This document shows, in pieces, positions 10,288-22,422 of a stretch of DNA of 64,000 nucleotides (positions are counted from its first letter, which is position 1; each line of letters opens with the position of its first letter). The position numbers and the translations under genes were made by a program. A model generated the notes under the pieces. That model saw only the letters and a program-made list of their open reading frames with translations. It did no database searches and was not told the origin of the DNA. Source of the stretch: Oligoflexia bacterium (GTDB lineage: Bacteria; Bdellovibrionota; UBA1018); assembly GCA_963758495.1 (NCBI GenBank), contig CAVWVI010000003.1:1408001-1472000 (forward strand), written 5' to 3'.

Positions 10288-10478
10288 GCCCTAGTATATT
10301 CAAGACAACGACGCTGGGATCAAGAGCAAAAGAGCGATGAAGCCATTTGAGTAAAACTCTGACATCTCTTTGCGACTGTACGAATCATGCTTATCAAAAT
10401 AGTATATCCAAAAACCAGGTAACATCCCGGCTCGGCTTATTTGTCTACAGGCACACTCCATGACCTCCCGGAGGATTT

Positions 10479-10820
10479 TCAGGCCAATTTCTTTAGTCTC
10501 TTTTCAATGAATTGATTTAAACTCTCTCCCTCGGCATTGGCGCAAATAGCTAAATTACGATGCAGAAAAGGGTCAATCCGCAGAGGGATCTTTCCAGAGA
10601 ACTTCTTTGAAGCAAGTGCTGGCGGAAGGGGTTTGCCTTCAGAGTCTAAAGACTCAAGGTACACATCAATTGCCTCATGAGCGTTTGCGGCAGCTTCTTC
10701 AATAGAAATCCCATCAGTGACACAACCAGGAAGCTCTGGGACTCTAGCTACATAGCATTTATCTTCATCACTCCATGAGATATCAATTTTATACTTAATA
10801 GGCGCTTTCTTGTGCTTCAT
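10479..10820 (-). CDS. hicB: HicB family antitoxin
   Basis: WSDEDKCYVARVPELPGCVTDG...A.EAI and C-terminal RHH (FSGKIPLRIDPFLH...SLNQFI); start MKHKK with SD GGAGG. Confidence 0.9.
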   Translation of the reverse strand: MKHKKAPIKYKIDISWSDEDKCYVARVPELPGCVTDGISIEEAAANAHEAIDVYLESLDSEGKPLPPALASKKFSGKIPLRIDPFLHRNLAICANAEGESLNQFIEKRLKKLA

Positions 10821-10830
10821 ATGCCCTCCA

Positions 10831-11049
10831 TTAGGGTAATAATACCTTCTGAACATCTTTAATTTGATAAGGCTTGAGTTGGACACGTCCCGCAATTACA
10901 ATGAGCATTTGAGTCCCATTACTCCACACCTGATGGCTCCCATTCTGACGAAGGGAATACCAACCCAAGCGGCCGAGTAGTGTGATCAGCTCATTTCCGT
11001 CAATTGTACCATTGCTTAGCTTAGCAAGAAGCTTATCGGTTTTGCTCAC
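10831..11049 (-). CDS. hicA: HicA family toxin (mRNA interferase)
   Basis: LGW...RQNGSHQVW...LKPYQIKDV; directly upstream of hicB. Confidence 0.88.
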   Translation of the reverse strand: MSKTDKLLAKLSNGTIDGNELITLLGRLGWYSLRQNGSHQVWSNGTQMLIVIAGRVQLKPYQIKDVQKVLLP

Positions 11050-11084
11050 AAAATGATGATATCAAAACGATATCATCATTACAA
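11050..11084 (-). promoter_or_regulatory. hicAB promoter overlapped by a 12-bp inverted-repeat operator
   Basis: Minus strand TTGTAA-17 nt-(TGn)TATCAT-6 nt-GTG; perfect inverted repeat AATGATGATATC (11052-11063) / GATATCATCATT (11069-11080). Confidence 0.8.
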
Positions 11085-11300
11085 GCGTACTTTCAAGGGA
11101 AAATTAAGTGTCCCTCTTTTTCACATCAAGATGAATGCAAATGTGGAGCTAAGGAAAGATTGCTATGAGGAAACTAAGCAAACTCCTGTTATTCCCACAG
11201 GATATTCAAAAAACGCTCTGCGTTTTCTTCGATTTCCTGTTGAAATAACAAGATTTTACCTTGCACTTTCATTTAGAAGGGAGGAACAAGGACAGGAACT

Positions 11301-11714
11301 TCACTCCCGCCCAGCAATCTGCTGTCGAATAATGGATCTCTGCAATTTGAGCTGATACTCTTTAAAGTGATGCTCGTCCAGCTCAGCATTTTTCAAAGTT
11401 TCTTCAGCCAATTGCTGAGCTTTACGAGCGCGATCTACGTCGATTTCACTCTTGAGTTCAAGCGTTTCCGCTAAAACATTCAGTTCATTGTTCTTCATCT
11501 CAAAAAAGCCCGCTGAAATAACTCCTTCAACTACTGGCTTTCCAACTGAGTGATATCTGAATAAACCTGTTTGAAGCGAACCCACCATAGGAGCGTGATC
11601 AGGCAAAATTTCAATTTGTCCTTCGCTCCCTGGTAGAGTGACTTCCTCTACTTGAACTCCTTCAACTAAACGTCTTTCCGGAGAAAGAATACTGAGTTTA
11701 AAACCAGAACCCAT
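11301..11714 (-). CDS. atpC: ATP synthase F1 epsilon subunit
   Basis: LSILSPER...LPGSEGQIEILPDHAP...LAE; last gene of the operon. Confidence 0.95.
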   Translation of the reverse strand: MGSGFKLSILSPERRLVEGVQVEEVTLPGSEGQIEILPDHAPMVGSLQTGLFRYHSVGKPVVEGVISAGFFEMKNNELNVLAETLELKSEIDVDRARKAQQLAEETLKNAELDEHHFKEYQLKLQRSIIRQQIAGRE

Positions 11715-11734
11715 GGTCACTTCTCCTCGTCAGA

Positions 11735-13183
<1,449 letters not shown>

Positions 13184-14116
13184 TTAACCTTTTTGGGATT
13201 CGCTACCTGAAATGATTTCTAAGAGCTCCTTCGTAATACCAGCCTGTCGCTGCTTATTGTACTGAAGGGTAAGTTTACGAATCATCTCACCTGCATTTTT
13301 AGTAGCATTTTCCATTGCCGACATTCGAGCGCCATGCTCTCCTGCCTGCGATTCTAATAAAATTCTAAAACATTGAATTGCAAAATTCTTCTCTAAGAGC
13401 TGTTTCAAAACTTCTTCTTTACTTGGCTTTACAATATAATCTGGCTGATCATTTGAACCAGAAATCTCTTCTTTTGTACCTTGTGGTGTACCTTGTGGTT
13501 TACCTTCGTTAGGAATACAGCTCAAAGGTAAAAAGGGCTCAACAACTACATTTTGAGTCGCTGCGTTTTTAAACTCATTATAGATCAGCTTAATCTCATC
13601 AAACTCGCCTTTGAGATAACGATCCACCAAAGCATCTGCTAAAAACTTGGCTTTTGAGAATTCAACTTTTCCGCTCGCCTCTTGATAATACGCAGCTATT
13701 TTCATCTTTCTATTTTTAAAGAAATCATGACCTCTGCGTCCAACAAAAGCTAATTCCACGGAAGTAGCTTCATTAGCGTTTGCTTGAATCCACTTCAAGC
13801 AGCTTTTAATCACGCTACTATTAAAACCACCACAAAGTCCTCTATCGGAACTCACAACTACGAGAAGAACTTTTTTAGTGTTTGAAGCGTCAGTCGCTTT
13901 TTCCCTTTTCATCAAGGGAAACTGATCTGACAACTCAATCACAGAAGAAAGTTTGCCAATCAACTCCAATATGCGCTTAGCGTAGGGACGTTGATTTTGA
14001 ATGGCTTCTTGGGCTCTCCGAAGTTTTGCCGCAGAAACCATTTTCATTGCGCGAGTTGTTTGCTGTGTATTCTTCACAGTTGCAATACGCTTTTTGAGAT
14101 CTTTGGTACTCGCCAT
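13184..14116 (-). CDS. atpG: ATP synthase F1 gamma subunit
   Basis: TRAMKMVSAAK, DRGLCGGFN, RQAGITKELLEI. Confidence 0.97.
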   Translation of the reverse strand: MASTKDLKKRIATVKNTQQTTRAMKMVSAAKLRRAQEAIQNQRPYAKRILELIGKLSSVIELSDQFPLMKREKATDASNTKKVLLVVVSSDRGLCGGFNSSVIKSCLKWIQANANEATSVELAFVGRRGHDFFKNRKMKIAAYYQEASGKVEFSKAKFLADALVDRYLKGEFDEIKLIYNEFKNAATQNVVVEPFLPLSCIPNEGKPQGTPQGTKEEISGSNDQPDYIVKPSKEEVLKQLLEKNFAIQCFRILLESQAGEHGARMSAMENATKNAGEMIRKLTLQYNKQRQAGITKELLEIISGSESQKG

Positions 14117-14137
14117 GGATTCGCCTATTCCGTTTCC

Positions 14138-15649
14138 TTACGCTACAAATATACCGTCAAATTCCTTCAAAGCCTGTTGAATCTTAGCTTTCAACACATC
14201 TTCAATTTTTCCAGAGCTCACAATATCCTTAAATATTTCCGGATATTTCTTATCGATGAAAGAAGCAAGCTGTTGTTCATATTCATGCAACTTCTCAAGA
14301 GGATATTTATCCAAATAACCCTGAGTTCCTGCAAAAATAATAACCACCTGACGCTCAACTGGCATCGGAGAGTATTGTCCTTGTTTCAAGATCTCAGTCA
14401 AACGCTGTCCTCGCGCCAACTGCTTCTGAGTAGCTGGATCAAGATCGCTCCCAAATTGAGCAAATGCCGCTTTTTCTCGAAACTGAGCCAAATCAAGACG
14501 CAGAGTGCCTGCTACCTGTCTCATCGCTTTAATCTGTGCACTGCCTCCCACACGAGAAACTGATAAACCCACGTTAACAGCAGGTCGTACACCAGAGTAA
14601 AACAAGTCTGTTTCTAAGAAGATTTGACCATCGGTGATTGAAATCACGTTGGTTGGAATATAAGCAGAGACGTCACCCGCTTGAGTCTCAATAATAGGGA
14701 GAGCAGTGAGTGAACCTCCGCCCAATTTATCTGATAATTTCGCAGCACGTTCTAATAAACGAGAATGCAAATAGAATACGTCGCCCGGATAAGCCTCACG
14801 TCCTGGAGGACGACGAAGCAAGAGGGAAAGCTGTCTGTAAGCTTGAGCTTGTTTAGTCAAGTCATCGTAAACAATGAGAGCATGTTTGCCGTTATCTCGG
14901 AACCACTCACCCATAGTCACGCCTGTGTAAGCCGCTAAAAATTGAAGGGGAGCTTGCTCTGCTGCCGTCGCAGCCACAACGATCGTATGTTCTAAAGCAC
15001 CGTTTGCCCGAAGTTTGTCAACCACTTGGGCAACCGTAGATTGCTTCTGCCCAATAGCTACGTAAATACAAAATACGCCTCTGCCCTTTTGATTAATAAT
15101 GGTGTCTAGAGCAACAGCCGTTTTGCCAGTTTGACGGTCACCAATAATCAATTCTCTTTGTCCTCGACCGATAGGAATCATGGAGTCGATTGCTTTTAAA
15201 CCGGTCTGAAGTGGTTCCTTGACAGACTGTCTTTCAACAATCCCAGGTGCCTTAATTTCAACTTTACGAAATTCTTTTGCGTTGAGATCACCCTTGCCAT
15301 CGATAGGTAAGCCCATCGCATTCACTACACGGCCAAGAAGGGCTTCACCGACAGGAACCTGAACGATCTTATTTGTACGCTTAACTGTGGAGCCTTCCTT
15401 GATGAGTGTGTCATCTCCTAGGATTGCAATACCCACACTCTCCTCTTCCAAATTCAAAATCATTCCGCTCACGCCGCCACCGAAGTCTACAAGCTCTCCT
15501 GCCATTGCCTTTTCGAGGCCATAACATTTAGCGACTCCGTCTCCAACGGAAACCACAGTGCCGGTCTCAGAGACATCCAGTCTCTTTTCAAAATTCGACA
15601 ACTGTGTTTTCAAAATCTGTGTAATTTCTTCAGGGCGAATTTTCTGCAT
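14138..15649 (-). CDS. atpA: ATP synthase F1 alpha subunit
   Basis: [29 protein letters not shown]. Confidence 0.98.
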   Translation of the reverse strand: MQKIRPEEITQILKTQLSNFEKRLDVSETGTVVSVGDGVAKCYGLEKAMAGELVDFGGGVSGMILNLEEESVGIAILGDDTLIKEGSTVKRTNKIVQVPVGEALLGRVVNAMGLPIDGKGDLNAKEFRKVEIKAPGIVERQSVKEPLQTGLKAIDSMIPIGRGQRELIIGDRQTGKTAVALDTIINQKGRGVFCIYVAIGQKQSTVAQVVDKLRANGALEHTIVVAATAAEQAPLQFLAAYTGVTMGEWFRDNGKHALIVYDDLTKQAQAYRQLSLLLRRPPGREAYPGDVFYLHSRLLERAAKLSDKLGGGSLTALPIIETQAGDVSAYIPTNVISITDGQIFLETDLFYSGVRPAVNVGLSVSRVGGSAQIKAMRQVAGTLRLDLAQFREKAAFAQFGSDLDPATQKQLARGQRLTEILKQGQYSPMPVERQVVIIFAGTQGYLDKYPLEKLHEYEQQLASFIDKKYPEIFKDIVSSGKIEDVLKAKIQQALKEFDGIFVA

Positions 15650-15681
15650 ACTTTCCTCGAAACAAATTATCTCGTGATCTA

Positions 15682-16242
15682 CTAATGAGCGCCGGGTAAT
15701 CCAGCGACAAAACTATCACGGAGTTTTAGAAGTTGAGAACGAAGCGTACCATCATAAGTAACTCCATTCACGGTGACTTTCATTCCTGCCAAAAGCGAAG
15801 GATCAGTGGAAACTCGGAAAGTCACCTTTTTTCCAAATTTATGACTAAATACCTTCACCAAAGTACCAATATCTACATCACTCATTGGCTCAGCAGCAAC
15901 CAGTTTACCTGCTACACCACCATCCAATGTGAGACGAATAGAACCAAATGAATCTTTTATCCGACTTAAAATTGAGAGCCGTTTCTTTTTTGTCAAAAGT
16001 ACTAAAAATTCGCTCAAAAGCTGAGATAATTCGAGCTTTTTTGCAAATTCTTGAATGACTTCAATTTTCTCACGTGCAGTTGTCAAAGGACCATAAAGGG
16101 CTACTTGAGCATCTTTAGAGTTTTCCATCATGGATTGAAATAAATCCATTTGCGCTTCAATTTGCTGAGTGTCCTCTGCAGACAACCCTCTCTCCTGAAC
16201 TGCCTCATATAATGCTTTTGCGTAGGAATTTGCTACACTCAT
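15682..16242 (-). CDS. atpH: ATP synthase F1 delta subunit
   Basis: VANSYAKAL...DPSLLAG...YDGTLRSQL; operon position. Confidence 0.93.
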   Translation of the reverse strand: MSVANSYAKALYEAVQERGLSAEDTQQIEAQMDLFQSMMENSKDAQVALYGPLTTAREKIEVIQEFAKKLELSQLLSEFLVLLTKKKRLSILSRIKDSFGSIRLTLDGGVAGKLVAAEPMSDVDIGTLVKVFSHKFGKKVTFRVSTDPSLLAGMKVTVNGVTYDGTLRSQLLKLRDSFVAGLPGAH

Positions 16243-16715
16243 TGCACAATCTCCATCTGCTGAGAAAACTCTTGGCGAATTCGAGCTTGATCATCACCGG
16301 TGAGTCGCTTTTTCAGCAAACATTCTGCTCGCTCTAAAACTTGCGCACTCCACTCTGAATAGAGTTGCCCTTTAAACTCAATAAATAATCCATCTGCTGC
16401 ATTTTTCGCATCGACTGCTGCCATTGCGGCAATTCGACGAGCTTCATTCACAATTCGTTGTTTCATAGCAACAGTATCTTGTTTTGTTTGCTCTCTTAAT
16501 GCGGAAACCTCTACGTCAATTGCTTTAAGCTTTGCGGAAAATTCATCATATTTTTCTTGAGCCTGATGAAGTTGTTCGCGCACTCTTTGAAGTTCGTCAC
16601 GAATTGAATGATGTCGCTGAGAAACGAAATGGATCACAGGCTGCCGAAGCTTGTAGACCATGAAACCGACCAGAATCAAAAAATTTATACTTGAAGTAAT
16701 TATCGGATCCATCAC
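16239..16715 (-). CDS. atpF: ATP synthase F0 subunit b
   Basis: INFLILV TM followed by coiled coil; upstream of atpH. Confidence 0.88.
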   Translation of the reverse strand: MMDPIITSSINFLILVGFMVYKLRQPVIHFVSQRHHSIRDELQRVREQLHQAQEKYDEFSAKLKAIDVEVSALREQTKQDTVAMKQRIVNEARRIAAMAAVDAKNAADGLFIEFKGQLYSEWSAQVLERAECLLKKRLTGDDQARIRQEFSQQMEIVQ

Positions 16716-17155
16716 TCTTTCCTTAAAAGTAACTTATCAGAAATATTTTGAGCTATCACTTCAACGTCAGCTTCTAATTGTTTTTTCAATAACTCGCGTT
16801 GACGATTTACAGAATCAGCCGCATTCTGCGTAATGATTTTGGCTTCCTCTCGAGCATGACCTAACAACTCGGACTCTTGTTTTCTAGCTTCAGCAAGAGC
16901 TAAATCATATGCCTTTTTAGCAGCCAACCGTTCGTCTGCAAGCAAACGTCTATATTCATCCAATTTCGCATTTGCCTGAGACATGAGTCGCTCTGCAGCT
17001 TCTTTATCTTCAACCGTTCTCTTATGCCGAGACTCAAATAGTTTAAGAAAGGGTCGAAAATAGAGGCGAGACAGCATTACAAACACGAATGCAATGAGTC
17101 CAAGCTCGAGAAAAAATGAATTGTCTAAACCAAGCTGGTCAAGAAGTGCGTTCAC
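16712..17155 (-). CDS. ATP synthase F0 subunit b'
   Basis: TM, then YFRPFLKLFESR, then coiled coil; tandem with atpF. Confidence 0.85.
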   Translation of the reverse strand: MNALLDQLGLDNSFFLELGLIAFVFVMLSRLYFRPFLKLFESRHKRTVEDKEAAERLMSQANAKLDEYRRLLADERLAAKKAYDLALAEARKQESELLGHAREEAKIITQNAADSVNRQRELLKKQLEADVEVIAQNISDKLLLRKE

Positions 17156-17319
17156 ATCACGCTCCAGGCAATCAAGGCCATATTGTTTCGGAAACTAAAT
17201 TGCTGGCTAACACACAGCTCAAGCGGTGGTCAAGACAACATTTTATTAATTTACAAGACAGCTACCATTTTATGACAAAAAGCTCAAGACAAGAACTGAA
17301 CTACTATGCACTTCGTCTG

Positions 17320-17718
17320 TTAGGCATCACTTAATACTGACGCCTCTGGAGATATGGGTTGATGAGCCATTTTACTGCTCCCCTCAAAAATAACCCCTTC
17401 GTCTACACTTAAACTAGGAGTAAGAATGTCACCTCGAAAAACTGCCGGGCGGTGTATTTCAACGCGGTGCTTGGCTCGCAAGCTGCCGTTGACTTCACCA
17501 CTAATAATAATAACTCCTGCGTCAATTTGAGCATCCACTCGCGCCCCTTCTCCAATAATCAATGTATCAGGAGTATAAATTTCGCCTCTAAAAGTGCCGC
17601 CGATTCGAACCGTTCCATGGAAGCAAAGTTTTCCCTCAAACTCACAACCCTGATCAATCACAGCCGTTATAGCGCCATGCGTTAAAGGTACACTTAAGTC
17701 TTTTGATCTATTTATCAT
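17320..17718 (-). CDS. Bactofilin (polymer-forming cytoskeletal protein)
   Basis: VIDQGCEFEGKL...VRIGG.FRGEI...IISGEVNGSL...LSVDEGVIFEG beta-helix repeats. Confidence 0.9.
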   Translation of the reverse strand: MINRSKDLSVPLTHGAITAVIDQGCEFEGKLCFHGTVRIGGTFRGEIYTPDTLIIGEGARVDAQIDAGVIIISGEVNGSLRAKHRVEIHRPAVFRGDILTPSLSVDEGVIFEGSSKMAHQPISPEASVLSDA

Positions 17719-18674
17719 TTCTTAATTTGCATCCCTTCCAAAATCCGATCTAACTCTTGACGAGAAGCATAGTGCAGCACGATTTTACCACGCCGCTCTG
17801 AACCTTTAATTTCAACTTTAGTTGACCAAAATCTAGCCAACTCCTGAGAAAGGTTCGTGATCCTCTGAGCAAAAGCAGTCTTAGGATGAGGAGAGATCTC
17901 TTCTGTTCCTTTTTGATCTTTTGATGCTTTTTTCATAGCATCCACTAGAGCCTCAGTCTCTCTGACACTCAATTGCTCTTTAATCACCTGAGTACGCGCT
18001 CGAATACGCAGATCTGCTTCTTCTAATCCCAAAAGAGCTTTTCCATGACCAAATGTGAGAATCTGATTTTTTAGATCATCTATAATGACTTCTGGCAAAC
18101 GCAATAGACGAAGGTAATTAGCCACCGTTGCCCGTTCTTTGCCCACTCGATCTGCAACCTCTTCTTGGGTCAGAGAAAAGTCCTGAATGAGCTGAAAATA
18201 AGCTAATGCTTCATCTACACAATTAAGGTCTTGTCTTTGTATATTTTCAATAAGTGCAAGTTCAAGGGTTTCACGATCCGTAGAGCGACGAATAACGATG
18301 GGCACTTGTTTAAGTCCAGCCATTTTGGCGGCCCTTAAACGCCTTTCTCCTGCAATGAGTTCAAGACCGTCTTTTTCAGTTTTGCGTACAACGAGAGGTT
18401 GAATGATTCCACTGGTTCGGATGGATTGCGCAAGTTCTTTTAAATGAACTTCATTAAATTCTCTTCTGGGCTGAAAGTGATTTACTTGAATGTCGTCCAC
18501 TGATGCCATGCTGATTCCCATGTGTCGATCCCGATTGGAACTTTCAGATGGGGTAGACTTCAGTGCTGAGGAGGGAGTAGGACCAAATGCAGATCCCCCC
18601 GCCGCGAGGTGCGGTGATTGTGCATTAGGTAGCAATGAGGCTAAACCTTTACCAAGAACAGTTTTTTGTGCCAT
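17715..18674 (-). CDS. parB: Chromosome partitioning protein ParB/Spo0J
   Basis: LGKGLASL, QPRREF, LIAGERRLRA, ALIENIQRQDL. Confidence 0.96.
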   Translation of the reverse strand: MAQKTVLGKGLASLLPNAQSPHLAAGGSAFGPTPSSALKSTPSESSNRDRHMGISMASVDDIQVNHFQPRREFNEVHLKELAQSIRTSGIIQPLVVRKTEKDGLELIAGERRLRAAKMAGLKQVPIVIRRSTDRETLELALIENIQRQDLNCVDEALAYFQLIQDFSLTQEEVADRVGKERATVANYLRLLRLPEVIIDDLKNQILTFGHGKALLGLEEADLRIRARTQVIKEQLSVRETEALVDAMKKASKDQKGTEEISPHPKTAFAQRITNLSQELARFWSTKVEIKGSERRGKIVLHYASRQELDRILEGMQIKK

Positions 18675-18697
18675 GCGTTAACAATCTCCAAAATAGG

Positions 18698-19564
18698 TTA
18701 AGAACTACTGACTAGAGTATCATTATGATGAGTGGACCTTAAATCAGACTTACTTTGATTGTGAGTGAGCTGAGACTGCGCTAAACCCACCTGATTTTGA
18801 TTTTGTGCAAGTACTTCTTTTGCAAGATTCAAATAAGCTAAGCAGCCCTTTGAATCGATGTCATAAAGTACAATCGGCTTCCCAAAACTGGAGCACTCAC
18901 TCAGACGGACATTTCTAGGAACAACGGTGGTAAAAACCTTATCCTTAAAATGAGAGCGGACTTCTTTGACGACCTCATTTGCTAAGTTGTTACGACCATC
19001 GTACATCGTCAAAACGATCCCCTCTTGTGTGAGGTTCGCATTTAAATTTTGCTTGACCAACGATACGGTGTGCAAAAGTTGAGTCAGCCCTTCAAGAGCA
19101 AAATACTCACATTGCATAGGAACTAAGAATGAATCTGCTGCGGTCAGGGCGTTGATTGTAAGCAGACCCAAAGAAGGTGGGCAGTCAATCAGAATAAAAT
19201 CGAACTGATTTTTAATCTCAGCAATGGCCGCTTTCAACTTGCCTTCACGTGCAAATGCACCTACCAATTCGATTTCAGCACCCGCCAAGTCACCATTTGC
19301 AGGAGCGAGAAATAAACAGTCCATTTCCGTAGGCCGGATTACTTTGGAAAGCACAGTTTCAGCAATCAAAGCATGATAAATAGTGTCACCGTCTCCTATT
19401 GCTGCGCGATCAATCCCAAAAGCAGAACTTGCGTTGCCTTGAGGATCAAAGTCTACGACCAAAGTTCTTTTTTCAGCAATAGCCAAGGAAGCTGCTAGAT
19501 TGACAGTAGTAGTAGTCTTTCCCACACCTCCCTTTTGATTTGCGATCGCAATCACTTTGCCCAT
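18698..19564 (-). CDS. parA: Chromosome partitioning ATPase ParA/Soj
   Basis: NQKGGVGKTTT, DFDPQGNA, IDCPPSLG. Confidence 0.96.
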   Translation of the reverse strand: MGKVIAIANQKGGVGKTTTTVNLAASLAIAEKRTLVVDFDPQGNASSAFGIDRAAIGDGDTIYHALIAETVLSKVIRPTEMDCLFLAPANGDLAGAEIELVGAFAREGKLKAAIAEIKNQFDFILIDCPPSLGLLTINALTAADSFLVPMQCEYFALEGLTQLLHTVSLVKQNLNANLTQEGIVLTMYDGRNNLANEVVKEVRSHFKDKVFTTVVPRNVRLSECSSFGKPIVLYDIDSKGCLAYLNLAKEVLAQNQNQVGLAQSQLTHNQSKSDLRSTHHNDTLVSSS

Positions 19565-19771
19565 CGATACTCCTTAAAAATGCTAATCTAGAGGCGCTTA
19601 TTAACGCCCCTAGATAAGTATGGTTGTGGTTGGTGTGGATAATCAAACTTTTTGGACCGCCAGAGCGGTTACCTCCACTCAAGGCTAGCCGCGAATAATC
19701 GTGTTAGCAAGTGGTTTCTTCAAGAATTTTCAGGGTTAATCCGAAACTCAAACCTTTAAATAAAACTAGAC

Positions 19772-19787
19772 TGTTCCACGTGGAACA
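19772..19787. promoter_or_regulatory. parS: parS site (perfect palindrome)
   Basis: TGTTCCACGTGGAACA, intergenic upstream of parA. Confidence 0.92.
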
Positions 19788-19801
19788 GGAGCGCATACTC
19801 A

Positions 19802-20446
19802 TTAGGTGTTTTTTAAAATCCGTCGTAACTGAACAATGCAGCGTTTTTTCTGCTCAGGCCCTACCGTATAAAAATGTTCCGCCTCAAGAATCAGTTCTTT
19901 TCGAAATCGGGTCTGCTGAAAAGCTTTCCACTCTTCCTCCCAGCTCGGACCTTTAAATAAAACTAGACTGTTCCACGTAGAACATTTTTGAATCCAACTG
20001 TAGATTCGCTCCACCGGACCTACTGCTCTCGCCATGATGGATTGAACAGAATGCATTTTTAAGTAGGCTTCTGCTCGAATTGGCGCAACCTTGACGTGAG
20101 ATTTCAACCCCAAAAGATCCAATGCTCGTTCAAGATACTCAGCTTTTCTCTTCTCTGATTCTGCCAGTACCCACTCATCTCCTCGAACCAAGGCTGCAAG
20201 TATACCTGGAATCCCGACTCCAGAGCCTAAATCGAGCGCAGGGTATTTTACTTGGTTTATTTTTAAAAGCTCTAAAACATCCACAACATTTCCATAGTAG
20301 AAATCTAAGGGAGAAGTGAGTCGAGTTAGATTTTGAAGTTCATTCTCTCTTAGGATGATTTCATAGAATGAAAGGATTCGTCCAATGACTTCATCTGTAA
20401 GTCCGTAAGCATCCCTTAATAAGTATTGTTTTAATTCTTCAGACAT
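19802..20446 (-). CDS. rsmG: 16S rRNA m7G527 methyltransferase
   Basis: NLT, LDLGSGVGIPG, ARAV, FKG; between mnmG and parA. Confidence 0.93.
   Translation of the reverse strand: MSEELKQYLLRDAYGLTDEVIGRILSFYEIILRENELQNLTRLTSPLDFYYGNVVDVLELLKINQVKYPALDLGSGVGIPGILAALVRGDEWVLAESEKRKAEYLERALDLLGLKSHVKVAPIRAEAYLKMHSVQSIMARAVGPVERIYSWIQKCSTWNSLVLFKGPSWEEEWKAFQQTRFRKELILEAEHFYTVGPEQKKRCIVQLRRILKNT
19969..19984. promoter_or_regulatory. parS: Second parS site, inside rsmG
   Basis: TGTTCCACGTAGAACA, one mismatch to the intergenic copy. Confidence 0.8.
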
Positions 20447-22328
20447 GTTTTTTCTGTTCTTTATTAGAGTGCATTTTAAGATAAATCATCAAATTCGCGA
20501 CTGCCGCTGGGGTAACTCCCGCCATCCGAGACGCTTGCCCGATTGTTTCAGGTCGAGTCTGCCTCAAACGTCCTTTAATTTCATTCGAAAGACCGGGAAT
20601 TTCATCAAAATTAAGCATCAACGGAATTTTGGTCATTTCGCTTTTTCTGACCCCTTCCATGAGCTCTAAATCTCGTTTGATATAGCCTTCATATTTTGTC
20701 TGAATCTCGACCTGCTCTTGGATATCATGTTCGACATCTATTCCTGGAAATCCAAGCTCGCAAAGTCCTGCCCAATCCACTTCTGGCCTACGTAAAAATG
20801 CTTCAGCTGAAACCCTATCTTTTAGCGGGCTCATTCCCTGATTTGATAACCAACCATTCACTTCTTTGGTAGGTAAAAAATGAAATCCGGCTATTTCCTT
20901 ACGCCATTTTTCAATGTTATTTCTTCGCTTCTCAAAAAGTGCATACTGATCATCACTTAAAAGACCTAGCTTATGCCCTGCCTCACTTAAACGAAGGTCA
21001 GCGTTATCTTCTCGCAATAACAATCGATACTCTGCCCGGGAAGTAAACATACGATAAGGCTCATCCGCACCTTTTAGAACCAAATCGTCCGCCAAAACCC
21101 CTATATATCCATCCGAACGAGATACAATAAACGGATCACGCTCTTTCACAACTAAAGCCGCATTAATTCCAGCAATCAGCCCCTGGGCTCCCGCTTCTTC
21201 ATAGCCAGAAGTTCCATTGATTTGACCCCCAAAAAACAGCCCTGAAATATCTTTAGATTCAAAACTTGCGCGAAGCTGCCTTGCATCGATGCAATCGTAT
21301 TCCACGGCATAGCCGTAGCGAACAAAAACAGCCTTTTCGAGGCCTACTATCGAATGAACGAATTTCTCTTGAACATCTCTAGGTAGACTTGTGGAAATCC
21401 CATTCACATAGACTTCTTCTGTCGTAAGCCCTTCTGGCTCGAGAAAGATTTGGTGCCGATCTCGCTCTCGAAACCGTTTTACTTTATCTTCGATAGAAGG
21501 ACAGTAACGAGGTCCAAGTCCCTGAATCATTCCCGTAAACATAGGAGAACGGGAGAAGTTCTCCTCAATAATCTCGTGAGTTCTTGCATTAGTGTAAGTA
21601 ATAAAACAGTTAATCTGAGGCAGTACCGGAAAGGTAGGGGGCTTATAGTAAAAAGAGAAAGGAATCGGCCTTTCATCACCTGGTTGGGGCTCTACCTGAG
21701 AATAGTTAATACTATCCCGATGCAATCGAGGTGGCGTTCCTGTTTTCAGCCGCCCCAAACGAAAGCCAAGCCGTTCCAAGCTTCCACTTAATCCTAAAGA
21801 TGCTTGATCTCCTAGCCTTCCTCCTTCCGTCTGTTCAAACCCTGTAAACATGACGGCCTTTAAAAAGGTTCCAGAAGTAATCACTACGGCTCGGCAGTGA
21901 ATCTGGCTCTCGTCTGAAAGCTGAACTCCTAGAACGCGCTTTCCATCCGACAGAATTTCAGTCGCTTCCATGGGAAGTAGGGTTAAGTTTGGAACTTCGA
22001 GCAAGTATTCTTGCATTCGCTGAGCATAAAGAGCCTTGTCGCATTGTGCGCGTGATGATCTGACAGCAGGTCCTTTGCTAGCATTGAGTCGACGGTATTG
22101 AATCGCTGTCTTATCGGTGTTCATACCCATCACCCCACCGAGAGCATCGATTTCCTTAATGAGTTGCCCTTTAGCCAACCCTCCCATTGCGGGATTACAC
22201 GACATAAAACCAATTCGACTAAAATTTAAAGAAAGAAGTGCCGTTGAACAACCCATCCGCGCAGCGGCGTGAGCAGCCTCACAGCCAGCATGGCCTCCTC
22301 CAATAACGATAACATCAAAACTTTTCAT
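20439..22328 (-). CDS. mnmG: tRNA uridine-5-carboxymethylaminomethyl modification enzyme MnmG/GidA
   Basis: GGGHAGCEAA, MSCNPA, GPRYCPSIEDK, GQINGTSGYEEA. Confidence 0.98.
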   Translation of the reverse strand: MKSFDVIVIGGGHAGCEAAHAAARMGCSTALLSLNFSRIGFMSCNPAMGGLAKGQLIKEIDALGGVMGMNTDKTAIQYRRLNASKGPAVRSSRAQCDKALYAQRMQEYLLEVPNLTLLPMEATEILSDGKRVLGVQLSDESQIHCRAVVITSGTFLKAVMFTGFEQTEGGRLGDQASLGLSGSLERLGFRLGRLKTGTPPRLHRDSINYSQVEPQPGDERPIPFSFYYKPPTFPVLPQINCFITYTNARTHEIIEENFSRSPMFTGMIQGLGPRYCPSIEDKVKRFRERDRHQIFLEPEGLTTEEVYVNGISTSLPRDVQEKFVHSIVGLEKAVFVRYGYAVEYDCIDARQLRASFESKDISGLFFGGQINGTSGYEEAGAQGLIAGINAALVVKERDPFIVSRSDGYIGVLADDLVLKGADEPYRMFTSRAEYRLLLREDNADLRLSEAGHKLGLLSDDQYALFEKRRNNIEKWRKEIAGFHFLPTKEVNGWLSNQGMSPLKDRVSAEAFLRRPEVDWAGLCELGFPGIDVEHDIQEQVEIQTKYEGYIKRDLELMEGVRKSEMTKIPLMLNFDEIPGLSNEIKGRLRQTRPETIGQASRMAGVTPAAVANLMIYLKMHSNKEQKKHV

Positions 22329-22422
22329 GAGGAGGGCAGAACTACCATTAGACGTCAGTTCTTGTCAACCATTGGATCCCCTGCTTGAGTAATCGCCTTA
22401 GATTTGGCAGAGTCACCTGGAC

